A stretch of 64,000 bases of DNA from Carcharhinus longimanus (taxonomy: Eukaryota), in contig JASCQW010000043.1 of NCBI GenBank assembly GCA_030264375.1, positions 52,575,760 through 52,639,759 on the forward strand, in the 5' to 3' direction. Each line of letters opens with the position of its first letter. The stretch's first letter is position 1. The notes beneath the pieces are model-generated. The model did no database searches. It worked only from the letters and a program-made list of their open reading frames with translations, and was not told the DNA's origin. A program made the position numbers and the translations under genes. Of the stretch, positions 49,886 through 61,206 are shown one piece after another.

Positions 49886-50488
49886 ATTGTGACAAAGGAC
49901 AGTGTCAGAGATCTTCAGGCCAAGGACAAGTGTCGAGTGCAGCTGTGTGGGAAGGAATGGCACAAAAACCCAATTACAGGACCCAAGAGTGGGGCGCCAT
50001 AACAAGAGTGCATAGGGAGAGGCAACAGGAAGAGATTGGACAGAGAGAACCCAGAGAGAGGTCACAAAGAAAGAGAGTAAGGAAAGAGACACAAGTAGGA
50101 ACCATGGAGAAAGGAGCAAAGAAAGCAATGGTATTCTGGTCAGCATGGCTGAAGAGCTGGAATAATGCGTGTAAGTTGGTGTTGGAGTGCAAACTCAGGA
50201 ATCCAGGGGATCGTCGTCTCAGCAGACAAGATTGAAACCCTGGGACGTCAGCAGTTGTTGAGGCAGTCCAAACTGGCGCAGCTTTGGGGGGATTCAGGGA
50301 TTAGATCTAGGCAAGTGGAAAGTTTAGAAATCCCTTGTGGGGAGACAGTTTTAACGAGATTCTGTAACTCAGACAATACTGACATCTGGATAAGATTCTG
50401 AGAAATCTTTGGGATCTATCTTGGTCAAATCTGTGATTTATTGTGCAGTGTTGTGTGTTTGAACACAGCTTGCCTATTAATTCACAAG

Positions 50489-51466
50489 TCATAGAATCAT
50501 AGAATCTCGATACAGCAGAAAGAAGCCAATTGGCCCATCAAGTCTGCACCAACCACAATCCCACCCAGGCCTTATTCCCGTAGCCCTACGTATTTACTGA
50601 GGGTCTGATTTTACCATTTTGATTCAAAGTGCTGGAATCTGTTTCAGATCCGAATTTTAGACCCGTTCTCAGGTTCCCCCTGACCGCCGCCATCTGCCTG
50701 AAACAAAATCAGTGATTCTGAATCGCGCTGCAGAAGCCTGTGGGTGGGGCTTATTGCACCCGAAACACTGCAGCTCCAATCAGAGCCTACAACTGCGCAT
50801 GCGCAGTAAAAAAAACAGAAAAACGCTCCCCTGACACATCGTTCCCAGGCTGGATAATGCCCCCTCCGGCCCCCATAGACATTGCCCCACATCCACAACA
50901 CTGCCCCCCTTATCCTCCTACTACCCAGATCAATCATGGCCTCCTGCCCCCCTTTGCCCTCTCCAGAGAGCCATTTGGCCTACCTCCCTCCACCCCCACC
51001 AGGAAGCCATCTGACCCATCTCCCTCCTCCCCACCAGACAGCCATCTGATCGATTCCCTCCTCCTCACTCCTCGCCAGAAGCTCTGAACTTACCTCCTCA
51101 GAAGCTGGAGGGCCTAAATTGGACCTTTGCGGTCTTTGTCTGTTTCGTGCCGAATCTGGACAGGCAAACGCAGTGATAAAGGGGGAAGTGCCCATAAGTT
51201 TGACTGTGCAGCCAATTAAGTCAAATTAAGTATATGCAAATGCATTTAAATTGCTGTTGTGCTCGCTTCGGGCGCAGTCCTGATCGCAGCCATTTTAGGC
51301 ATTTGGTAAAGGGGGAACCAGCACAGAGGCGGGCACGGATTGCGCCACTCGCCTCACGCCCAACTTTACCAAGATTTTGTGCCCGAAAACAGGCGCAACT
51401 TGATAGTAAAATCAGGCCCTACGCAATTTAGCATGGCCAATCAACCAAACCACACATCTTTGGATT
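50489..51466 (-). mobile_element. HE1 V-SINE 3' half, split by a MITE
   Basis: CATAGAATCATAGAATC tail through TATTTAC at 50597. It resumes GCAATTTAGCATGGCCAATCAACC...CATCTTTGGA at 51423-51464. Confidence 0.8.
50601..51419. mobile_element. PIF/Harbinger-like MITE (819 bp)
   Basis: TIR GGGTCTGATTTTACCA versus the reverse complement of TAGTAAAATCAGGCCC, 14/16. CpG-rich interior with palindrome ACTGCGCATGCGCAGT. Confidence 0.8.
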
Positions 51467-53099
51467 TCATGTAACGTGTGCCACATGTTAATTCTGAATG
51501 CTTGAGAAAAAGATATTGTAAATGGTTTTACTTTTCTGACTTTGTAAAATAAAATGTATTTTGTTTGTTCATAAACCTTATTGAATAAGGATTAGGAATT
51601 TCAAACTTTGACTACTTTAAACAAAAAGTTACTAGTCCCTAACCAGATTCTTATTTTTCAAAATCATATTTATTGAACTTGGGTTGTAAGTTTTTTTATT
51701 TTCTCTCGTACTCTTCCTACAATACACTTTTGTTTCTATTTATGGATGGCAGTATTTCTCCCCTTTTTTGTTCTGTTGTTTGCTTGTTTTTTAACCTTTA
51801 TTTTCACCCTATGCAAATAACTCATCAATGGATCAATGAAGCTAGGTATTCGCGTTTATTCCCTCATTATTAAGTCTGCATGTATTGGTTTTGGCTGTAA
51901 CAACTTTATAATCAAATTACTTTCCAAATCTCTCATACTAAGAATGTCCAACTGGTGCCCATAAAACCAAAGAGATGAATGGGAGAAGAAAAAGAAAAAA
52001 AATGTGTATTTTAAGCATGAATTGCTGTTTTCCCCAATTTAAAAATTCTAAAATGTAAGTTTAAGAATATAAATTCTAAAAATTACAAACATCTAATAAA
52101 GGTAACACCATTACAATCAGTTTCTAAAAACTATGAGAAAATTGTCCGAACTCCAAAACGTTCAAGCTCATGCATATGGCATACTTTCCCCCAGATACAG
52201 GAAAATGCTGTTAATTTTTCAACCAATGCAATTTTTCCCTTCGCTTCTGGTTAAACAACTCTTGCACAATAATGTGGATCCACTAGTCAGCAACATTTAC
52301 CTTCACTGGCAGGAACCAAGCTTATACTTCGTACCCCAATAGCCTGAACACCAACTGATCTGGAGGGGCGGGGGGGGGGTTCAATCCCAATAGAAACACT
52401 TACCCCATTTTAACATGAATACATGCGTTTCAGTAATACATAATAATATCCTGAGTATGTTTCTGTGCTGCTAGTGCAATAAGAGTGAGAGGAGGCTGGA
52501 AATGTTTTCCAGCTGAAACTTCCATTTTTCATAGGAAAAATAATGTAGGCTGACACATAAGTGAGTAATGTGAAACAACTTTCCACAACCAGCATCTGAT
52601 AGTAGTTTTCAACAACAGATTCTGAAGCTGAATATCAGAAATGCACAGAATCAAAATGGCAACATCAGTGTCCTGGGAATAAAGTAAAACAGAATGAATT
52701 TCATTGTGGCAACAACTGCTCCCCTTCTTAAAGGGTTAACATCACAAATGCTCGCCCGGTCAGCAAACTGACATAACTCTCATGTCATAATATGAGATCA
52801 TCAATTAAAGATTCTTCGTTGACTTGAAAAAAGAAACTCCACTGTGAAATACGAGTATTCTGTCTGTTGCAAGTTTCTCTGTCAATAGAAGCAAAGAGCT
52901 ATGGATCAAGAATGTTTCAGAAAATCAATAACATTATTTAAGAAAGGCTTCAAGCAAGACGATTGAAGCTGAATTAATGTTAACTGGTCTTCTTATGTAG
53001 ATGGGGACAATCACACCATTCATTTCAAACTTACTGATATACACATTCCTGTCATGCTGCTCATGATGGGTTGAGCAATGCAATAGCCTTTTAATATTG

Positions 53100-53385
53100 C
53101 ACAGGTTTAAGATGCGAGAGGCAAGGTTTAAAAGGAGATGTACGAGGCAGATTTTTTACACAGAGAGTAGTGGGTGCCTGGAACTCATTGCCAGGGGAGA
53201 TAGTGGAAGCGGATACGATAGTGACTTTTAGGGGAGGATCTTGACAAATACATGAATAGGATGGGAATAGAGGGATACGGTCCCCAGAAAAGTAGGGGTT
53301 TTAGTTCAGTCGGGGAGCATGGTCAGTGCACGCTTGGAGGGCTGAAGGGATTGTTATTGTGCTGTAATTTTCTTTGTTTTTTGTA
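53100..53385 (+). mobile_element. CR1 3' end
   Basis: Close copy of 1345-1630. Confidence 0.9.
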
Positions 53386-54477
53386 ATAGTGACTTCATTT
53401 CACAAGAGGTGGGATGTGTGCCTATTAGGATGAATTTGTGAATGAGAAAAGGTTCCAAAAATAAATATGTTTGGGGAGGGAGGAGGACACCATATTACAA
53501 AATTGCTACACAATATTTAAAATGTCAAAATTACCTACAAACTATAAATGGGTGAAGTGCACAATAAATAGTGCATATTTAACAGTCGATAACCATTACA
53601 TATAGGCCACATAACATTTTGTTGAGGACAAAATGCCTTCAAGGAAAGATAATAGCTTAAAAGCCCATAATGGTAAGTAGCCATACTCTGTACATGCTAA
53701 TGATAAATGGTTATTTAAAAAAAGAGACTGATCATCTCAACAGTGTTCTTCCAGCTAGAATAAAATAAACCAGCTACACTCAGTCTTCAATCTGCATTAA
53801 TTTGCTTTAATTGCTGACCACAAGTCTTGGAATGACTCTGTAACTGACATAATTCATTTTAATGGGCGGAAATCTCTCAGCAGCCTTCCTGCTGGAGCCA
53901 ATATTGTCTCTTTATATATTTTAAGACATTTTGTGTTTTGCATATTAAAAAGACAACGCATTTTGGGAGAGGATACATCAAAATGAAAGATTAAAAAATG
54001 AAATATTTAATAGAATCATTTTCTAGTCCTATAGTTTCATTATCTATGAGTCTCTTTACTCATGCTGTTTTCTCATAACAGCAAACCTGAATTGGATTAG
54101 AACTGTGCAGAAAATATTATGAGGATTATCACCAGTTATGTCAGCCATCTATTATGAATGTCTGTTTACTTCCAGTGTTCTTCCCAAAAGTCTAGCTATT
54201 AAAATCTGACAATTAAAATGTTGCAAGTATAATAGATACTTCTGAACTATCAAATAAATACAATACGCGCTACCAAACTAAGAAACAATGAGCCTGATTT
54301 TGCTGAAAAATGCCATCTAACTGACAAACATCAGTATTTTGTAAACCAGCACATAACTTATAGCAAAGGAGAGACATTCCGTGAAGTGTGGATGACAAGT
54401 TGCTGGTCAGTTCATGACATTCTTCTGTTCGCTTCACAAAAACGCTTGTGCTCAACTTCCTGAAAAGTTTCATGCAC

Positions 54478-55474
54478 TGGGATTTTCTGACCCTGCCATT
54501 GACAGACATCAGCATGGGTAGGACGGGAAAATTTGGAGAACTGTTAAAAGTCATGTCAATGCTCACATGTGTCAGAGCTGGAAAACCCTGCCCATGAAGT
54601 TGCTGTGTTTGCACATGCTGATTTATCCATAAAACCCACCAATGAAATTTAATTTTGTAATTAACAGCATAAAGATCCTTTTAACAAGATGTTAATTATT
54701 AATGACTGTAAATCAACCTCACTTGCCTAGAAAACTAACAAATCTAAGTACAGAGTCTGATTTCTTCAGATTGTGAACTGTTACTGGAAAATTTTAAAAA
54801 AGACAGGTCACATTTAAAACANNNNNNNNNNNNNNNNNNNNNNNNNNNNNNNNNNNNNNNNNNNNNNNNNNNNNNNNNNNNNNNNNNNNNNNNNNNNNNN
54901 NNNNNNNNNNNNNNNNNNNNNTTTTGAACTTTTACTGTAAAATTTTAAAAACGACAGGTCACATTTAAAACATCAGATCACATTTAACATTTTACATTTG
55001 AAGTACTCTTTTCCAACCTTTTCTCATTCTTAATCTAATCTTCTCATCTCAACATATCTTTCTGTAATCTAACATTAAATTCACCCATTCAAATCCACCC
55101 TCCTTATCAGCATCATGTTCCACCCCCTCCCCGACATGGTTTACCAGCATCAGGGCCCTCTAGATAGGTCACCCTGCCTGACCACCCATCCCCACATGTC
55201 GATATATACCACCCCCCCATCAAGATTGCCTTCATAATCCAGGTGTTCCACAAGGTCTCAAGTGCCTTGTTAGCCTTGTGTTATCCACTTGCAATTCCTG
55301 CAGCTTACAAGGCAGAACATTTTAAAATTTAAACATGCAAGAACAATGGGAGCCATTTTCCAGTATACTGCTGTCAGCAGACAGCCATGCCTGCCAGAAG
55401 CACATACTGAAAAATTCAGATACACACTGTGCATTATTTTCCAAACATTAACTTAACAGGTTGGAAAATCACCC
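54478..55474. mobile_element. Probable old Harbinger-like MITE
   Basis: Termini GGGATTTTCT... and ...GGAAAATCACCC resemble the TIRs of the other MITEs. Decayed. Confidence 0.35.
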
Positions 55475-57284
55475 AAGGACATGGTGGAAATTCCTGATGT
55501 ACACTCCGATTGATGAGAGTCCCAGAAAGAAGCATGAAGTCAGAAAATAAGCACAAAAATTTCAGGTGATATTTAGTTCTTTGCACTCTGGAGCCTGGTC
55601 AGGCTTAAGTGTCGGTAGCACACTTGAAAGCCAGTTCTAATACACAGAAGGAAGCTCATAAAAAGAATAAATGTTTGTTTTTGTGCATAGGAAAATGAGA
55701 AATGCTGCTTTCCATTACCCCAATATTCTGCGACCCAACTTCTGAAACGTACAAACATTAAGTACACCATTCAGCTTATTTGACAATTTATTGATTTTTT
55801 GATTGCTCAGAGAAATAAAAATTATGTATGAAAATTTCAGTCGTCATTTCATAAAGTTCCAGTCTAGCTGAGTCAAAGACAGCTGACATTCTGTTGAGGT
55901 GTTTGAAAGTATGCCAACATTGCATGTTCACCAGGCAAACCTGGTGTCTGCATTACTCTTGCTGGTATATAGACACTATCAAGACAAGGCACATTTATTT
56001 AAGCCGAGGAGGACAGCCAACTTGAACCAAATGAACGAACTGAAATTCATTTCGAAGTGGCTTTTTTTACCGAACATAGGAACACATATTTTTCAATGCG
56101 GCTCTCCAACAATATGAAAAGGGGCACTCCTCCACTAAAATCAGTGAATTTAAATTTCACTTGTACAAATGGAGAGGTGATAGCTCCACACTGCTACTCC
56201 CTGTTGCCTGGAAACAAGCATTAAGATCAAAGGCAGCATCAGAATGTCACTCCAGGGCTGTATCAAGTGCAAACACCAGAGTCACTAATATTAAACTCAC
56301 GGTAGGAGAACTCAGTGGTTATACGAATGATGGAAAGCAGTATTTCACTCATGGTGAAGCCATACAAGATTCATTCAAAATCATACAGATCCTCTTAAAA
56401 CAGAGCAATGATAATTATTTAATTTGTAATACCAGTTAACCAGTGCTGCAGGAAGGAGCACTTTCCATTTAATTATTCTCATCCACATCGAATGCAGCAC
56501 CAGAAAACAGTGCAAATATCCCTCAACCAAAAAGAAGTAATTTAAATTTATTAATTTTTCAAATTAGTTGCATGTCAATAATTTCCATAGCACAGAACCA
56601 GAGAAGTTTACAGCACAGGATGCCATTTGACCCATGTACATAGTACCACTTGGTGAAGCAATTCATTATTAATTCCACTGCTCTGCTCTCTCTCCATAGC
56701 ATCTTTGCTTCTAGTATGTACTGAAATTTTCTGTAAAATTGTGATGGCTTCAACTGTTTCTTACTGCAAAACAAGACATGTTTCAATCATCCTCCATATT
56801 TTGACCCACCAAATCTCCTCCTTCATTCTTTATAATGAGAAGTGGTCATTTTAAATTAATGGCCCATTAACAATTTTCCCGACTCACTCACTGTTAAAAC
56901 CTTTCAGTAACTTTAGAAATCCTTTCAATTTATTTTCAACCTTCTCTGCTCCAGTGGAAATAGTCTTGTTTTTTCAAGTTCTCCTCAAAGCTACTTGGCT
57001 ATCTTGGACATTACGTCTGGTATTTAATTTAATGGTATTTAGTGGTGGTCCCATTTTCTCAATCCAATATTCATTCCAGAGGTGGTCCCAAATGTTCAAT
57101 CCAATATTCAGAATGTTGAAATCATTGTTTTCAGCGCCATCACAAACTCCATTCTCCAGCCACAGACTTCATCCTTTTCTGGGCAGACGTACAAGGCTCA
57201 GGTTGTTCTCAATTTTGATGTCAAATATGATCCTGAGATAAGCTTCTGGTCAGATATCCACACCACCAACAAGACAACATATTG

Positions 57285-57688
57285 AGTGTAGGATCACCCA
57301 ACTCTGCCCCCATCTCAGCTTATCTGCTGCTGACACTCTATCCATGCCTTTGTTACCTCTGACTCTCCTGGCTGGCCTCCCAATTCTATTGTCATAAATT
57401 TGTGCTCATTCAAAACTTGACTGCTCAACTCCGAACTTGCAGCAAGTCCACCCAGTGCTCACTGACCAAAATTTGTTCCTGGTTCGGCTATGTGTTGACT
57501 TTAAAATTTTTATCCTTATTTTCAATTCCCTTCATGGCCTTGTCACTTGCGATCTGTTTATGTTAGTTGTTCTTTTTGGCCAAGCTTACCTGATGTGACT
57601 TAGCAGCAATTTTCTTTTGCTAACTCTCCTGTGAAACACCTTGCGATATTCTACTACATTAAAGGTGCTATCTAAATGCAAGTTTTTG
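57285..57688 (+). mobile_element. L2 LINE 3' fragment
   Basis: LCPHLSLSAADTL.HAFVTS motif of the L2 ORF2 C-terminus and tail CTACATTAAAGGTGCTATCTAAATGCAAGTT. Confidence 0.75.
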
Positions 57689-57834
57689 TATTTTTGCCTC
57701 GAGATATTTGCTTATTTAAAATGCTATGTAAACATACGCAGTTAACTGACGTCCAGCTTGCTGTGAAACCAGAATTGACATGGACCTTGCCAGCGTCTAC
57801 GCTTCACTTACATGCTGCTTTTGAAACTAAAAAC

Positions 57835-58235
57835 ACAATTGAAAAATTGGATCTTTTCTCATTATCACAATACAGACTACAGGGTGATATATCAGAAGTC
57901 TTTAAAAAATACAAAAGGACGTGACACAGTTAATAGAAGCAGACTGTTCACATTCGTCAAGTGTCAAGAAGGGTAAAATTTAGTCTTATTTCTAAAACTA
58001 AGGCATTTAGAACAGAAGGCTAGGAAAAATTCTTCAGAGAGAGAAATCGGGAGTGGTGGAATTCACTTTCAGGTGTAATGGTGAGACAGAAAGTACAGAT
58101 TAAATTGGATTGGTAAAAGAATAAAACAGGGGACAAACAGATAAGGGAACTGGATGGCTAAGTGAGTTTAGCATGATTTTCTCACTGATAAACAAGTCAA
58201 ATAAATGGACAGTTTCTATGCTGTGACCTCTTATT
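57835..58235 (+). mobile_element. Old CR1 3' fragment
   Basis: EKLDLFSLSQYRLQGDISEVFK motif. Confidence 0.65.
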
Positions 58236-58511
58236 TTTCTCTGTTGTTTGCCAAACCTCATACTTTTCATTTTGACAACATTTCCTGCACACCAATCTAA
58301 ATCATTGATATATATACTAAGGACAAACATGGATCTGTTACAATCTTGTTGGGAACAGTTAACATTTGAAAAGAAATTGGAACATTAATTTTAACCAAAA
58401 GAAAATTTCATGTTTTTAAACAAAAACACATTTAACTGTATTTAAAGGACTTAATCTAAATAAGCACTATTAACACAATAAGGTTTATAATTAGCTAAGT
58501 GATGAACTCAG

Positions 58512-58890
58512 TTGAATTGAATTGATTTATTATTGTCACGTGTATAGGGATACAGTGCAAAGTATTATTTCTTGCTCGCTATANNNNNNNNNNNNNNNNN
58601 NNNNNNNNNNNNNNNNNNNNNNNNNNNNNNNNNNNNNNNNNNNNNNNNNNNNNNNNNNNNNNNNNNNNNNNNNNNNNNNNNNNNNNNNNNNNNNNNNNNN
58701 NNNNNNNNNNNNNNNNNNNNNNNNNNNNNNNNNNNNNNNNNNNNNNNNNNNNNNNNNNNNNNNNNNNNNNNNNNNNNNNNNNNNNNNNNNNNNNNNNNNN
58801 NCAGTATGTCCAGGGTGTGTGGGGACTTAGTTATGTTTTCACGAGGCAGCGGGAAGTATAGACAGAGTAAATGGATGGGAGGCTGACTTT
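58512..58890 (-). mobile_element. Rex1-type LINE 3' end spanning a gap
   Basis: (TTGAA/TTGAT)n tail followed by TTATTATTGTCACGTGTATAGGGATACAGTG. Confidence 0.5.
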
Positions 58891-60445
58891 GTTTAGTACC
58901 TCTTGACTATGGAGACCTCAGTCACTTGTTCTGATTGTCTTCCCAGTGCTTCCAATTGATTCTGTTGGTTGTTTACTTTGGCCACAAGATTCTGAGGACA
59001 CCGCAATTTTTTTTCACCAGCTTAAAATTAGACAATATCCACCTCCTTTTTTTCATGAAACCCAAAACAAGATTAAGCTCTATCCTCATTCCACGTGGAG
59101 AATAATGTAGTTAGCTTTTTCGCTTCTCTCTGCTCAGGCCTAACTAACTGTCATTTACTTTGACTATCTCCTCTCAGAGTGTTACACCAAACATAAAATC
59201 CAAGCTACAACTAAAATGCTCAGCAAATACCCAGATTAAATGAAACCACAAATCTTCCCTAAAACTCAACTCCATGACAACATGAAATGCTCTAGGATGC
59301 CCTCAAAAAGGCTTTTAGCTGAAGTATCCAAGCTGAAGAAATAAACAGATTAGGTAACCCTTCGGGGTTTGCCAAATGCTTTTAAAAATTTTAAATCTAA
59401 CGCCTGAAACAAAAAATTTTCTCTGGACAGCCCTTATTGCAAGGTTTGTAGACATCATCTCTCAACCAAAAGGTCCACAAACAGGTCATCCAGAGTCTAA
59501 TTTTCTCCACCTGCTGTTTTTATGACTCTACTTTTCTAACTCTGACCTTTTAAGTCAACATGGTCCAGCCTTTCAATAAACAAGATCCATTCTTTGAACT
59601 GTAATTACTTTAGGCTTGCTTGAATTGCATTTATATCACATGTTAAATCGCTTCAAATTAGGTATTACCCCAGTTCTCTAAACTTTAATTCCTAAAACCA
59701 CAAGTTATATTCTAAAACACATAAATGATGACAAACACAAATGATGACAAACACAACAATGACCTGTGGGTACCACTTCCATTGTGGGCAAACGCTGTTT
59801 CTTGTCTAGCAACCAAATTTCTTTTCAAGCTGCTACATTCTCTCTTGACAATAAAACTCAATCCTCTGAACAAGTCGCATGTGAGCCACTTCACAAAGAC
59901 ACCTTCTAAAATTTAATACACGCAAGACTCATTCATTTTATCAATTCAGTTGATGACTTCTTCAAAACAAACCTCCTAAATACAATGTTGAGCGCAGATC
60001 AGATTCCATGACAAGTCTGGAGAGCAACTTCCGAGGTTTCTTTCAGAATTAATCTCCAATTTACCACTACCTGATGTCAGTGGAACATCTGCCTTCAACA
60101 AAAAAAAACTAAAAATGGCAGAGATTGGAAGGAGTGAGGAATTTACATTAAAAATAATTTTTACTTGCCCAACTGGCCATTCCTCATGTGTGAATGCTAA
60201 CAAACTATTCAAACACCACAGCACTTTGTATCCAAATCAAAATACATATTAATTTGATAGCTGAATTTTATGATGCTGCAACTGCAGAGGATGCACTTCT
60301 CACACATGCTGTTATTGTACCTGTGATGTCAAAGCCAACAACATCAATGATCTAGAAATACGAATGGGTTGGTCAACGGGAAGCATGTACTGTGGAAGTG
60401 AATGGCATTTTCACTTCTACAGATTAAGAGCATACTGCTGCCAGA

Positions 60446-60800
60446 TTCCATAGATTCTCTACAGTGCAGACGTAGGCCATCCGGTCCATGGAGTCTGCAT
60501 GCAGTCTCCAAAACAGCATTCCACCCAAGCCAAATCCCCCCCCACCCTCCCATCCTGGTAACTCCTCACATTTACCTGGGCAAATCTACATAACCTACAC
60601 ATCTCGGACACTATGGGGCATTTTAGCATGGCCAATGCACCTGACCAGCTCATCTCTGGACTGTTGGAAGAAACTGGAGCACGTAAAGGAAACCCATGCA
60701 GACACAGGAAGAACGTGAAAACTGTCCACAGTCATCCAAGGCTGGAATCGAACCCAGGTCCTTGGCGCTATAAGGCAGCTGTGCAAACCACTGTGCCACT
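60446..60800 (-). mobile_element. HE1 V-SINE, full length, with CR1-type tail
   Basis: Minus head GTGGCACAGTGGTTTGCACAGCTGCCTTATAGCGCCAAGGACCTGGGTTCGATTCC, V domain, and tail CTGCACTGTAGAGAATCTATGGAATC. Confidence 0.9.
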
Positions 60801-61132
60801 GGATTGTACATTCAATAAAATGCAGATTTAATAGCTAACTCTTGTGAGTTTAAAAAGGTTCTTTCAGTCCACCACCACAATACCTTCTAACTTTGTTCTT
60901 AATGAAGACATATTTTTCCAAGATTCTTTCCATTTTATACTGCTTCAGAATTACCATGAGGGCTGAAGCCAATAGACTGATCTTCCCTCAAATGCTGGAG
61001 GCTATTGAATACTTGCATAAGATCACATGTACCCTAGTTACCATTAGTAGAATAACGTGAAAGTGAATAAAAATTCTTCATAGTGGTTTCACATTTTCAA
61101 ATAAATATTGCCCATAGTTATCTGTTGTGTAA

Positions 61133-61206
61133 AATAAGAACATAAGAACATAAGAAATAGGAGCAGGAGTAGGCCATCTGGCCCTTCGAGCCTGCCCCGC
61201 CATTCA
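61133..61206 (-). mobile_element. CR1 3' end
   Basis: (ATAAGAAC)n tail. Near-exact reverse complement of 10430-10505. Confidence 0.88.
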
